This document shows, in pieces, positions 29,071 to 38,797 of a DNA stretch of 64,000 nucleotides. A program made the translations under genes and the position numbers. The DNA is taken from NCBI GenBank assembly GCA_900543695.1, contig UQSG01000011.1:2461-66460 (forward strand), written 5' to 3'. The notes under the pieces are model-generated. The model saw nothing but the letters and a program-made list of their open reading frames with translations, had not been told where the DNA came from and did no database searches. The stretch is from an uncultured Clostridium sp. (GTDB lineage: Bacteria; Bacillota; Clostridia; UBA1212; UBA1255). Position 1 is the stretch's first letter. The number at the start of each line of letters is the position of its first letter.

Positions 29071-29409
29071 ATGGCGAAAGGATTTAGAGGCGGCTTCGGC
29101 GCAAAAAGCGGCGGCGGAAATAATATGCAAAAGCTGATGCAGCAGGCGCAGGCGATGCAGAAGGAAATGGAAAAGGAGCAGGCGGCCATTGCTGAGAAAA
29201 CATTTGAAGCGACCTCGGGCGGAGGCGTGGTAAAGGTTGTGATGAATGGGGAAAAGAAGCTGCAGTCGCTTGAAATCAAACCGGAAGCGGTCGATCCTGA
29301 CGATGTGGAAATGCTTCAGGACCTGATTACGGCTGCGCTGAACGAATGCATTGACACCATCGACAGCGAGACGCAGGAAATTATGGGAAAATATACAATG
29401 GGAATGTAA
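29071..29409 (+). CDS. ybaB: Nucleoid-associated protein YbaB/EbfC
   Basis: 112 aa. [72 protein letters not shown] is the canonical YbaB sequence. Followed by recR, a conserved pairing. Confidence 0.9.
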   Translation: MAKGFRGGFGAKSGGGNNMQKLMQQAQAMQKEMEKEQAAIAEKTFEATSGGGVVKVVMNGEKKLQSLEIKPEAVDPDDVEMLQDLITAALNECIDTIDSETQEIMGKYTMGM

Positions 29410-29410
29410 G

Positions 29411-30007
29411 ATGGGCGTATACGGAGCATCGGTGACAAAATTAATTGAACAATTTGAAAAGCTGCCCGGGATCGGCCGTAAATCCGCACAGCGCATGGCG
29501 TTTTACCTCCTCGGAAGAACGGAGCAGGAGGCAGAAGAGTTTGCCGAAGCGATTAAAACTGCGCGAAGAGAACTGCGGTACTGCAAAGTATGCCAAAATA
29601 TCGCCGACCGGGACATCTGCGATATTTGCGCAAATCCGGCGCGCAGCAATGGAAAAATCTGCGTGGTTGAGGATCCGCGGGATGTCATGGCAATGGAGCG
29701 TTCTAAGGTTTTTACAGGAAGATATCATGTGCTTCATGGTGTTCTGTCGCCCGTCAACGATGTCGGTCCGGACGAAATCAGAATCAAGGAGCTTCTCGCA
29801 CGGATTGATGATTCCGTGAAAGAAGTCATTCTTGCTACAAACCCGAATGTAGAGGGCGAAGCGACGGCGATGTATATCGCCCGGCTGATAAAGCCGCTCG
29901 GCGTGACGGTTACCAGGATCGCGCATGGCGTTCCGGTGGGCGGAGACCTCGAATATGTCGATGAGGTCACAATTGCACGAGCGCTGGAAAATAGGAAAGA
30001 ATTGTAA
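29411..30007 (+). CDS. recR: Recombination protein RecR
   Basis: N-terminal HhH ([24 protein letters not shown]). C4 zinc finger ([16 protein letters not shown]). Toprim domain. Confidence 0.9.
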   Translation: MGVYGASVTKLIEQFEKLPGIGRKSAQRMAFYLLGRTEQEAEEFAEAIKTARRELRYCKVCQNIADRDICDICANPARSNGKICVVEDPRDVMAMERSKVFTGRYHVLHGVLSPVNDVGPDEIRIKELLARIDDSVKEVILATNPNVEGEATAMYIARLIKPLGVTVTRIAHGVPVGGDLEYVDEVTIARALENRKEL

Positions 30008-30009
30008 GT

Positions 30010-31083
30010 ATGACAGAGAAATTGCAGGCTGCGGAAAACCGATATGAGGAGCTGACGCAAAAGCTGACGGATCCGGACGTTCTGGGAAATCCGGAGCTGT
30101 ATAAAAGGATTGCTACGGAGCATGCGGAGCTTGAAGAACTGGTCGGTGTGTACCGTGCCTATAAAGAAGCCGTTCGGGACAGAGACGAAGCCCGCGATCT
30201 GCTTGAAAAGCCTCTTGAGGATGAATTCCGCGAGCTCGTTAAGGACGAATATCGCGAAAAAGCGGAGCGGACTGCAGTACTTGAAGATCAGCTGCGGATC
30301 CTGCTGATTCCAAAAGACCCCAACGATCAAAAAAATGTAATCATGGAAATCAGAAGCGGCGCCGGCGGAGAAGAGGCGGCGCTTTTTGCGGCGGTATTGT
30401 TTCGGATGTATGCCCGCTATGCGGAGCGCTCCGGCTGGCGTACGGAAGCGGTAGAGATCAATGAGACGGAAATCGGAGGAATCAAGGAATGTACCTTTAC
30501 AGTTTCGGGCGGCGGAGCGTACAGCCGGCTGAAATTTGAAAGCGGCGTCCATCGCGTTCAGCGTGTGCCCGTTACGGAGGCCGGAGGCAGAATTCATACT
30601 TCGACTGCTACCGTAGCGGTTCTGCCGGAGGTCGATGAGGTAGAGGTCGATCTGAACCCAAACGATGTTGCAATCGATACGTATCGTTCCAGCGGCGCGG
30701 GGGGCCAGCATATTAACAAGACGGAATCTGCAATTCGGCTGACGCATCGTCCCACAGGCATCGTCGTTACGTGTCAGGACGAAAAATCGCAGCTGAAAAA
30801 CAAGGAACGCGCATTTAAAGTGCTGCGGTCAAAGCTGTATGAAATGCAGAAAGAAGAACGCGACAGCTCTGTCGCCCAAGCACGCCGAAGTCAGGTGGGA
30901 AGCGGCGACCGGAGCGAACGGATCCGTACTTATAATTATCCGCAGAACCGGGTAACGGACCACAGAATTGATCTGACGCTCTATAAGCTGACGGCGGTTT
31001 TGGACGGGGATCTGGACGATATAATAGATGCACTGATAACGAACGAACGCGCGGAAAAGCTGGGACATGGGAATGGAGAATAA
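30010..31083 (+). CDS. prfA: Peptide chain release factor 1
   Basis: GGQ motif ([26 protein letters not shown]). PxT-type tripeptide region (RVPVTE). 357 aa. Confidence 0.9.
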   Translation: MTEKLQAAENRYEELTQKLTDPDVLGNPELYKRIATEHAELEELVGVYRAYKEAVRDRDEARDLLEKPLEDEFRELVKDEYREKAERTAVLEDQLRILLIPKDPNDQKNVIMEIRSGAGGEEAALFAAVLFRMYARYAERSGWRTEAVEINETEIGGIKECTFTVSGGGAYSRLKFESGVHRVQRVPVTEAGGRIHTSTATVAVLPEVDEVEVDLNPNDVAIDTYRSSGAGGQHINKTESAIRLTHRPTGIVVTCQDEKSQLKNKERAFKVLRSKLYEMQKEERDSSVAQARRSQVGSGDRSERIRTYNYPQNRVTDHRIDLTLYKLTAVLDGDLDDIIDALITNERAEKLGHGNGE

Positions 31084-32194
31084 AAATACGGAAGTCATAA
31101 AAATAGATCGGATGCGGATCGACTCGGACGCAATTCGACACTGCGCGGAAGTTCTCCGGAATGGGGGACTGGTCTGCTTTCCAACCGAGACGGTATACGG
31201 ACTCGGTGCGAATGCGCTGCGGGCGGACGCGGTAGATAAAATTTACAAAGCAAAAGGACGGCCGGCGGATAATCCGCTGATCGTACATATTTCAAGCTGT
31301 AAAATGTTAGACCTTGTCACTGAATGCAGTGCAAGCCAGAGGCAGATCCTGGATCGCCTGGCTCAAAAATTCTGGCCGGGACCGCTGACGGTCATTGCAA
31401 ATCGTTCCGCCTCCGTGCCTTCTAATGTATCCTGCGGCCTGAACACGGTGGGGATTCGTTTCCCGTCTCATCCCGTGGCCCGCGCGCTGATTGAAGCGGC
31501 AGGCGTTCCCGTTGCGGCGCCCAGTGCGAATTTATCCGGGAAGCCGAGTCCGACGCGAGCCGCTCATGTCATTGAGGATATGATGGGACGGGTGGATCTC
31601 ATTATCGACGGCGGCTGTTGCGACGTAGGCGTCGAATCTACAGTATTTGATATCGCCGGCGAGAAAATGAGTATTTTACGTCCCGGTGCGGTGACGCTTG
31701 ACCAGATTGCCTCAGTCGTCGATTCGGCGGACGAGCTTGACTGGATGCGGCCGCAAAGCGAAGCGGAAATCGGTACTCCACGCTCTCCAGGGCTGAAATA
31801 TAAGCATTACGCGCCGAAAGCGTCGGTAACGATTTTCGAAGGACCAAGAGAATCCGTAGCCGAGCGGATCAACGCGGAAATCAAGCGCAGAAAAAAAGAC
31901 GGTTTTTCGATCGGAGTTCTTGCAACCGATGAGAGCATTTGCTATTATAAAGAAGTTGGAATTGTCGTTCAATCTTTAGGCAGCCTGAACAACAGTCTGC
32001 AGCAGGCATCCAATCTGTTCCATTGTCTGAGAAGGTTTGACGACCTGGGAATTGATGTGGTTTTTGCGGAGGCACTTCCCCGAAGCGGCGCGGGTGACGC
32101 AGTGATGAACAGATTGTACCGTGCGGCCGGGGGCGCCGTCGTCCTGTGCGGCGCAGATTCGCCCGGAACACCGCGGGCCGCATCCGAGCAGTAG
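31067..32194 (+). CDS. sua5: L-threonylcarbamoyladenylate synthase (Sua5/YwlC long form, TsaC family)
   Basis: YrdC-domain N-terminus ([19 protein letters not shown]) plus the Sua5 C-terminal domain. 375 aa. Followed by a ywlE-like gene, as in Bacillus. Confidence 0.85.
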   Translation: MGMENKNTEVIKIDRMRIDSDAIRHCAEVLRNGGLVCFPTETVYGLGANALRADAVDKIYKAKGRPADNPLIVHISSCKMLDLVTECSASQRQILDRLAQKFWPGPLTVIANRSASVPSNVSCGLNTVGIRFPSHPVARALIEAAGVPVAAPSANLSGKPSPTRAAHVIEDMMGRVDLIIDGGCCDVGVESTVFDIAGEKMSILRPGAVTLDQIASVVDSADELDWMRPQSEAEIGTPRSPGLKYKHYAPKASVTIFEGPRESVAERINAEIKRRKKDGFSIGVLATDESICYYKEVGIVVQSLGSLNNSLQQASNLFHCLRRFDDLGIDVVFAEALPRSGAGDAVMNRLYRAAGGAVVLCGADSPGTPRAASEQ

Positions 32195-32214
32195 AGTGAG
32201 GTGTTATTTTCATT

Positions 32215-32709
32215 TTGAAACGTATTCTTTTCGTCTGCACGAGTAATACATGCAGGAGCTTTCTGGCGGAATACATTTTCAGGGATATGTTGGAAAAGGC
32301 CGATGAGGCGGGTAAGCTGAACAGGAAAGATTATAAAGTATCGTCTGCCGGACTGTTTGCACTGGATGAAGACGAACCGGGCTCTTTGGCGGTGAAAGTA
32401 CTCGAGAAGGTTTACGGAATTGAAGATTCCGACAAGCATCGCGCCTGCCTTGTTGACGACGATCTGGTTGCAGAAAGCGATCTGATTATTACGATGACAG
32501 ACGCGCACCAGCAGGCGCTGGAGGAGGCCTATCCCGAGGCGGCAGACAAGACGTTTCCATTAAAAGCGCTTGCATACGGAGAGGACGGACTTGACGGAAG
32601 CCTGGACATAGAAGATCCATATCGCGGCGATGCCGAGGATTATGAAAGATGCGCGGCTGAAATCGAAAAAGCGCTGAAATTGGCGGCCGATAAAATTACT
32701 TCAAAATAA
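32215..32709 (+). CDS. ywlE: Low-molecular-weight protein phosphatase (YwlE-like arginine/tyrosine phosphatase)
   Basis: TTG start. P-loop C-X5-R motif (VCTSNTCRS). 164 aa. Confidence 0.8.
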   Translation: MKRILFVCTSNTCRSFLAEYIFRDMLEKADEAGKLNRKDYKVSSAGLFALDEDEPGSLAVKVLEKVYGIEDSDKHRACLVDDDLVAESDLIITMTDAHQQALEEAYPEAADKTFPLKALAYGEDGLDGSLDIEDPYRGDAEDYERCAAEIEKALKLAADKITSK

Positions 32710-32758
32710 AGACAAACAACGGATCTAAATTATCATTTTACGGAAGGAAGTAGAAAAA

Positions 32759-33388
32759 ATGGGACAAGTACATGCATTCGACCATCCGCTGATACAGCAT
32801 AAGATCGCAATGCTTCGCGACAAAAACACAAATACCAAGGATTTCAGGGAGCTGGTATCTGAAATAGCGATGCTGATGTGTTATGAAGTCACCAGAAATT
32901 TGGAGCTGGAGGATGTGGATGTGGAAACGCCCGTCGGAATCGCCCATGCGAAAATGCTGGCGGGAAAGAATCTGTGCTTCGTGCCTGTGCTTCGTGCCGG
33001 CCTTGGCATGGTAGACGGGGTGCTCAGCCTGATCCCGATGGCAAAGGTAGGACATATCGGACTGTATCGGGATCCCGATACTCTGCAGCCGGTTGAATAT
33101 TATTGCAAGCTTCCGTTTGACGTAGCGCAGCGCGAGGTCGTTGTGCTCGATCCCATGCTCGCTACGGGCGGCTCAGCGTCTGCGGCGATTTCTTTCATCA
33201 AACAGAGAGGCGCGAAAGCCATTAAACTGATGAATCTGATTGCGGCTCCGGAGGGCATCGAGAAAATCCTCCGCGATCATCCGGATGTGGATATTTACTG
33301 CGCGGCGATCGATCAGGGGTTAAATGCTCATGCGTATATCGTTCCGGGCTTGGGCGACGCGGGCGACCGGCTGTTCGGCACGAAATAA
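32759..33388 (+). CDS. upp: Uracil phosphoribosyltransferase
   Basis: [17 protein letters not shown]-terminus. PRPP-binding [13 protein letters not shown] motif. 209 aa. Confidence 0.9.
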   Translation: MGQVHAFDHPLIQHKIAMLRDKNTNTKDFRELVSEIAMLMCYEVTRNLELEDVDVETPVGIAHAKMLAGKNLCFVPVLRAGLGMVDGVLSLIPMAKVGHIGLYRDPDTLQPVEYYCKLPFDVAQREVVVLDPMLATGGSASAAISFIKQRGAKAIKLMNLIAAPEGIEKILRDHPDVDIYCAAIDQGLNAHAYIVPGLGDAGDRLFGTK

Positions 33389-33403
33389 AGAGGAACCAGA
33401 AAT

Positions 33404-34105
33404 ATGTATCGGGACTTGAAAATTAAACCGCCGTTTTTTGAAATCGGACCGAAAGCATACCTGTACGGAGACGAAATGCTTCGGCTTGCGAAGGAAATTG
33501 ATAGAATCGCGGTCAAATATGATGTGGATATCATCGTGACGCCGCAGTATACGGATATCCGTCTGCTTGCGGAGAACACCGAACGAATCCTTGTATTTGC
33601 GCAGCATATGGATTGTCTGCCGATCGGACGCGGCCTGGGCTCCGTTCTGCCGGAGGCGGTCAAAGCGGCCGGCGCGAAGGGCGTCATGCTGAACCATGCG
33701 GAAAAACCGCTGGACCGTGAGACGCTTGCAAAAACGATCGCCCGCGCGGACGAGGTCGGACTCGGGACGATCGTGTGCGCCGATACGCTGGAAGAGATTG
33801 CGGCCGTTGCGAAAATGTCCCCGAATCTCATCGTAGCGGAGCCTGCCGCGCTGATCGGGACGGGGCAGGCAAGCGATTTGAGCTATGTGCGGGATACAAT
33901 ACGGATCGTTCAGGAAATTAATCCGGAGATCATGGTTCTGCAGGGAGCGGGAATATCTAACGGACAGGACGTTTATAACGTCATTCATGCAGGAGCGCTT
34001 GCCACGGGAAGCACGAGCGGAATTATGAAAGCGGCTGATCCTGCCGCGATGACGGAGGAAATGATTTCCGCGCTTCGCCGCGCATGGGATGAGCTGCATA
34101 CTTAA
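33404..34105 (+). CDS. Triosephosphate-isomerase-superfamily protein of the archaeal-type (short, ~230 aa) lineage; probable sugar-phosphate isomerase of unknown specificity
   Basis: Conserves the TIM catalytic constellation: Lys in EIGPKAY, His in NHAE (archaeal TIM NHSE), Glu in VAEPAALIGTGQ (cf. YEPVWAIGTG), and the GAGIS phosphate-binding loop. Too short, and without the GHSERR motif, to be bacterial housekeeping TIM. Confidence 0.55.
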   Translation: MYRDLKIKPPFFEIGPKAYLYGDEMLRLAKEIDRIAVKYDVDIIVTPQYTDIRLLAENTERILVFAQHMDCLPIGRGLGSVLPEAVKAAGAKGVMLNHAEKPLDRETLAKTIARADEVGLGTIVCADTLEEIAAVAKMSPNLIVAEPAALIGTGQASDLSYVRDTIRIVQEINPEIMVLQGAGISNGQDVYNVIHAGALATGSTSGIMKAADPAAMTEEMISALRRAWDELHT

Positions 34106-34116
34106 AGGAGCTTAGC

Positions 34117-35529
34117 ATGAGATTACTGGGAGTCGACGTCGGCACAACTTCATTAAAAGCGGTGCTGTTTGACGAAAACGGAAAGCCCCTGTCCTCCGTC
34201 TGTGTTGATTATACTCTGCATGCTTCCGGAGAACGTGTAGAACTTGAGGCAGAAACGTATTGGCGGATTTTCCGGCAGGCACTGGATCAGGTATGCCCGG
34301 ACAGGCTTCCGGACGCGATCGCAATCGACACGCAATGCGAAACGCTGATTCTTGCGGACGCAAAGGGGAATCCGCTGATGAATGCCATTGTTTGGCTCGA
34401 TAACCGCGCCAAGCGGGAAGCGCAGGAGATCGAGGCGCAATTCGGCCGGAAAGAAATTTATGAGAAAACGGGACAGCCGGAAGTTACCGCCACATGGCCC
34501 GCATGTAAAATTTTATGGATAAAGAAGCATCTGCCGCAAATCTGGAGCAAAACAAGGAAAATTTTTTTGCTGGAGGATTATCTTCTTTACAGACTGACCG
34601 GGGAATTTGCGACGGAAAAAACGCTGCAGTCTTCGAGTCTGTATTTTGATATCAATACGGGCGGCTGGTGGCCGGAAATGCTTGATTTTATCGGAATTCC
34701 GGAGGAGTATCTGCCTCGAATCGAGGACAGCGGCGTGTTTCTTGGCACCTACGGGTCATGCCGTGTCGTTACGGGGGCGATGGACCAGGTTGCCGGCGCC
34801 ATTGGAGCGGGAATCGTGTCGGAAACCGTAATCAGCGAGATGACGGGAACGACGATGGCTATCTTTGCAAACGCAAAGGAAATTCCGCCGTTCCGCGCAG
34901 ACAGCATCATTCCGTGCCATTATAATTTTAATGGAAAATATTGTCTTCTCCTTTGGACACCGACGGCGGGGATGGCGCTGAAATGGTTTAAAAATAACTT
35001 GTGTGAGAATTTCAGCTTCCGCGAGCTTGACGCTTTGGCTGAAAAAGTGCCTCCGGGCAGCGGAGGCCTCGTTTTTCTGCCCTATTTGTGCGGCTCTACC
35101 ATGCCGAAATATAATCCGGAGGCCAGGGGCTGCTTTGCCGGCCTGACGCTGGAGCATACGCGCGGACACTTTGTCAGAAGCATTCTGGAGTCCGTCGCGT
35201 GCATGCTGCGGGAAAATCTCGAATATCTTGGCATTTCGCCGAAGGAAATCCGCGTGACGGGCGGCGGCGCTGAAAGTCCGCTTTGGTGCCGGATTAAAGC
35301 GGATATTACGGGTACAGACTTGAAAACGCTGAAAAATAAAGAAACGGCTTGCCTGGGGAGCGCGATTCTGGCGGGACACGGGATCGGCTTGTTTCCCTCC
35401 ATTGAAGAGGCAAGCCGGCGTTTCGCCGTCCCGGACCGGGTGTTTCATCCATCCGGAGCGGATCAGTCGGACGTTTATAAAAATTTCCGCATTGCGGATC
35501 GATTGATGCAAGGAGGACTTAACTCATGA
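34117..35529 (+). CDS. FGGY-family carbohydrate kinase (xylulokinase-like)
   Basis: N-terminus LLGVDVGTTSLKAVLFDENG. FGGY C-domain motif (GGGAESPLWCRIKADITG). 470 aa. Confidence 0.8.
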   Translation: MRLLGVDVGTTSLKAVLFDENGKPLSSVCVDYTLHASGERVELEAETYWRIFRQALDQVCPDRLPDAIAIDTQCETLILADAKGNPLMNAIVWLDNRAKREAQEIEAQFGRKEIYEKTGQPEVTATWPACKILWIKKHLPQIWSKTRKIFLLEDYLLYRLTGEFATEKTLQSSSLYFDINTGGWWPEMLDFIGIPEEYLPRIEDSGVFLGTYGSCRVVTGAMDQVAGAIGAGIVSETVISEMTGTTMAIFANAKEIPPFRADSIIPCHYNFNGKYCLLLWTPTAGMALKWFKNNLCENFSFRELDALAEKVPPGSGGLVFLPYLCGSTMPKYNPEARGCFAGLTLEHTRGHFVRSILESVACMLRENLEYLGISPKEIRVTGGGAESPLWCRIKADITGTDLKTLKNKETACLGSAILAGHGIGLFPSIEEASRRFAVPDRVFHPSGADQSDVYKNFRIADRLMQGGLNS

Positions 35530-36878
35530 AGGCTGGTTTTGTTGGCTTCGGCGAAGTAAATACGCCGACAGAAATTATTGTCAGAAAATGCGCCGCGGCT
35601 GCGGAGGCGCTTAAGCAGGAGGGCGTTTCCCTCGTATCCGTGTACCCTGTGACGGACGATTATGCGGAAAAGGATATCGGCAAAGCGCTTTCCGTTCTTC
35701 AGTCCGAGACGTTTGATTTTCTGGTGCTGTGCGTCGCCGGCTGGATTCCGACGCATGCCGTGATAAAGATTGCAGAGCGGTTCCGCCATAAGCCCATGGT
35801 ATTATGGGGGCTTTGCGGCTGGATGGAGGACGGCAGGCTGGTGACGACGGCCGATCAGGCGGGAACGTCCGCACTCCGGAAGACGATGGAGGAGCTCGGC
35901 TACACATTCCGGTACGTTTATGACATCGTGGGGCTGCCGACGCGTTCGGGGGCAGTCGCAGCGTTCGGAAGAGCCGCTGCCGCAGCCGGCTGGCTGCGCA
36001 CGGCGCGTGTCGGCATGGCCGGTTACCGGGACATGAACTTATACGGTACGCTGTGCGATGGGGTTTCTCTGAAACGCGTTATAGGAGCGGAGATTGAGAC
36101 GTTCGAGCTCCTGGAAATCGTACAGCGCTATCAGAGAATAACGCCTGATGAAAAGGCTGAAATCATCGAAAAACAGCTGTCCGGCTGGAAATTCCTGAAG
36201 CCCGCCAAGCGGGAAAGCCTGGAACAGGCTGCCGGCTATTATCTGGCCGTAAGCGCGCTTGCAAAAGAGCGGGGCTATGCCGCAGTTTCACTGAAAGATG
36301 TAGATGGAATGAAAAAGCTGCTTGGTTTTCCTCCGGCGCCGATTTTCATGCTGCTGGCAAATTGCGACGATCTTTGCACGATTCCGGAAAACGATTGCCT
36401 CGGCAGCGTGACGCAGCTGATGGTAAAAGCCCTGACGGGGCAATGCGCGCCGTATCTTGAATTTTATGAGTTTTTTGAAGACGGCGTGCTTGCCGGCGTT
36501 CCGGATTATATTCCACAGGGTGCAACCGAGGGGGAAATTACAGTCATCCCCGCGGCCTTCGGCGAATTGTCGGAGGGAATCCTGAACGTTTCGAAAGTAA
36601 AAACGGGCGAGCTGACGATGTGCCGTCTCGTAACAGAAGGCGGCCGGTATTATATGCACCTGTGCCGCGGCAGAGGTGAAACGCCGGCAAAATGGGAGGA
36701 GGCAGGCTGGACGCAGCCGGCGCCGCAGCTTCCCGGCCTGAAAATTTTGCTTCCGAATGTGGAACGGTTCGCCCAGCGGGTAGCCTGCCAGCATTATATC
36801 ATCGCATACGGAGATATTACAGAGCCGATGACGCAGCTTTGTAAAATTCTCGGGATCGGCCTTGTGACCGAAGCCTGA
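35526..36878 (+). CDS. L-fucose/L-arabinose isomerase-family protein (short ~450-aa form), putative aldose-ketose isomerase
   Basis: Overlaps the upstream kinase by 4 nt. The N-terminal Rossmann-like domain of FucI/AraA-type isomerases (MKAGFVGFGEVNTPTEIIVRKCAAA...) and a C-terminal beta domain. No Mn-site residues could be verified by eye. Confidence 0.5.
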   Translation: MKAGFVGFGEVNTPTEIIVRKCAAAAEALKQEGVSLVSVYPVTDDYAEKDIGKALSVLQSETFDFLVLCVAGWIPTHAVIKIAERFRHKPMVLWGLCGWMEDGRLVTTADQAGTSALRKTMEELGYTFRYVYDIVGLPTRSGAVAAFGRAAAAAGWLRTARVGMAGYRDMNLYGTLCDGVSLKRVIGAEIETFELLEIVQRYQRITPDEKAEIIEKQLSGWKFLKPAKRESLEQAAGYYLAVSALAKERGYAAVSLKDVDGMKKLLGFPPAPIFMLLANCDDLCTIPENDCLGSVTQLMVKALTGQCAPYLEFYEFFEDGVLAGVPDYIPQGATEGEITVIPAAFGELSEGILNVSKVKTGELTMCRLVTEGGRYYMHLCRGRGETPAKWEEAGWTQPAPQLPGLKILLPNVERFAQRVACQHYIIAYGDITEPMTQLCKILGIGLVTEA

Positions 36879-36886
36879 AAACGAGA

Positions 36887-36918
36887 AGCGGCCCCGCAGC
36901 TGTGCGGGGCGCTTTTTT
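36887..36918 (+). terminator. Rho-independent terminator
   Basis: GCGGCCCCGCAGC-TGTGCGGGGCGC followed by TTTTTT. Confidence 0.8.
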
Positions 36919-36999
36919 AGAATACGGCGCCATAACCTTTGCCGAATCTTAAGCGCGGCCTTGGTATAATGGCACGGTACTCATATGGGAGGGGAAAGG

Positions 37000-38064
37000 A
37001 TGAAATTCCGGAGCTGCATAAAGGATCTGTTATTAACGCTGCTGATTCTGACGGTATCCTTTGCAGCCGTTGTTCTGATACAGAACGCATTTGACACGGA
37101 AGCAATGGCGCCGATGATTTTTGTTATGGCGGTATTTCTTGTCTCGCTTGTGACGCACGGATATCTCTGGGGCATTACGGCCTCTCTGATCAGTGTGCTT
37201 GCCGTTAATTTTGCCTTTACTTTTCCGTATTTTGAATTTAATTTTTCTCTGCCGGAAAATATGTTCTCGGGGATTGTAATGCTGTTTGTCGCCGTTATGA
37301 CCAGCGCGCTCACGACCAACGTAAAAAATCAGGAGCGCATGCGCGCTGAAAACGAAAAGGAAAAGATGCGGGCGAATTTGCTCAGAGCGGTTTCGCATGA
37401 TCTGCGGACGCCGCTGACGTCGATTTATGGTTCCTGTTCTACAATAATGGAAAATTATGACTCTCTGGATAAAGAGCAGCAGCTGAAGCTTCTTGGCGAA
37501 GTGTGCGGAGACGCGGAATGGCTGAATCGGATGGTAGAAAACCTTCTGTCCGTTACGCGGATCAACAGCGGAACGGTTTCTGTGAAAAAGGTGCCTACCG
37601 TTCTGGAAGAGCTCATCGACGCTGTCCTTGTAAAATTCAGAAAGCATTATCCGGAATGGAGCGTTACGGCGGATATTCCGGAATCGTTTATTATTATCCC
37701 AATGGATTCGATCCTGATCGAGCAGGTTCTTATCAATCTTCTGGAAAATGCAGTAAACCACGCTTTGGGTATGACAAAGCTTATCCTGCGGGTGTTTACG
37801 CTTGGCAATCGCGCGGTATTTGAGGTAATTGACGATGGGTGCGGCATCCCGCAAGATAAGCTGGATACGCTTTTCTCTGGCGGTATGGAAAAAGATGCGC
37901 CTGCGGTGGACCGCAGCAAGCACAGCATGGGAATCGGATTGTCGGTATGCGCCACGATTATCAAAGCGCACGGCGGGGAACTCTGCGTGGAGAGCAAACC
38001 GAACCGCGGCACGACATTCCGTTTTTCGCTGGAAATGGAGGATTCCGAGCATGAGCAACAATAA
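37000..38064 (+). CDS. Sensor histidine kinase, truncated KdpD-like (DUF4118 membrane domain + HisKA + HATPase; lacks the N-terminal KdpD/Usp sensing domains)
   Basis: Preceded by a TTGCCG-17-TGgTATAAT promoter and an AGGGGAAAGG RBS. Four TM helices as in the KdpD C-terminal module. H-box AVSHDLRTPLTSI. G-box region DDGCGIP...GIGLSV. Confidence 0.8.
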   Translation: MKFRSCIKDLLLTLLILTVSFAAVVLIQNAFDTEAMAPMIFVMAVFLVSLVTHGYLWGITASLISVLAVNFAFTFPYFEFNFSLPENMFSGIVMLFVAVMTSALTTNVKNQERMRAENEKEKMRANLLRAVSHDLRTPLTSIYGSCSTIMENYDSLDKEQQLKLLGEVCGDAEWLNRMVENLLSVTRINSGTVSVKKVPTVLEELIDAVLVKFRKHYPEWSVTADIPESFIIIPMDSILIEQVLINLLENAVNHALGMTKLILRVFTLGNRAVFEVIDDGCGIPQDKLDTLFSGGMEKDAPAVDRSKHSMGIGLSVCATIIKAHGGELCVESKPNRGTTFRFSLEMEDSEHEQQ

Positions 38065-38797
38065 ATTTAAAATTCTGGTCATCGAGGACGAGGCGAATAT
38101 CAGCAGCTTCGTGGAGACGCTGCTGAATACAAACGGTTACCAGGTTCTGACGGCGAGCACCTGTGCCATGGGCGTTTCCCTTTTTCTGTCGCATAACCCG
38201 GATCTTGTCATATTGGATCTGGGCCTTCCGGACAAAGACGGACTTGAATTTATTAAGACGGTACGGGTAGATTTTGCTACGCCGATCCTCGTTCTGTCTG
38301 CCAGAACGACGGAGCAGGATAAGGTTACTGCGCTGGATCTCGGTGCAAACGACTATATTACAAAGCCGTTCGGGACGGCAGAGCTGATTGCGCGCATTCG
38401 CGCCGCGCTGCGGAGCAACCGCCACGCGGCAGCGGCGGGAGCCCTGCCCGGCGGAAGATTCACTGCCGGCGGCCTGGTCATCGATTATGACCGCAGACAA
38501 GTTTTCATAAACGGCCAGGAGGTAAAACTGACGCAGACAGAATATAATATTGTTGCGCTGCTTTCCGAATCCTCCGGCAGGGTCATGACGTATGCTTCTA
38601 TCGTCCGCGCAATCTGGGGCGGAACGGATCTTGGCAGTACGAAACGGCTCCAGGTAAACATGGCGAATATCCGCAAAAAATTTGGCAGCAGACCGGGAGA
38701 TAATCCGTATATTTTGAATGAGCTTGGCGTCGGATACCGCATGATTGAAGAAGATACGGATAAAAAAGCTTCACCGGCAAGGGAGGAATCGTTATGA
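38051..38797 (+). CDS. OmpR-family response regulator, KdpE-like
   Basis: Overlaps the kinase gene by 14 nt. Receiver domain (KILVIEDEANISSFVETLL...DLVILDLGLPDKDG). Winged-helix domain (KLTQTEYNIVALLSESSGRVMTYASI). Confidence 0.85.
   Translation: MSNNKFKILVIEDEANISSFVETLLNTNGYQVLTASTCAMGVSLFLSHNPDLVILDLGLPDKDGLEFIKTVRVDFATPILVLSARTTEQDKVTALDLGANDYITKPFGTAELIARIRAALRSNRHAAAAGALPGGRFTAGGLVIDYDRRQVFINGQEVKLTQTEYNIVALLSESSGRVMTYASIVRAIWGGTDLGSTKRLQVNMANIRKKFGSRPGDNPYILNELGVGYRMIEEDTDKKASPAREESL

Noticed and set aside
36940-36985. Extra candidate upstream ORF start (MGGER at 36985) for the KdpD-like kinase
   Set aside because: The AGGGGAAAGG RBS is optimally spaced for the ATG at 37000. The upstream ATG has no RBS and falls inside the -10/leader region of the TTGCCG-17-TGgTATAAT promoter.
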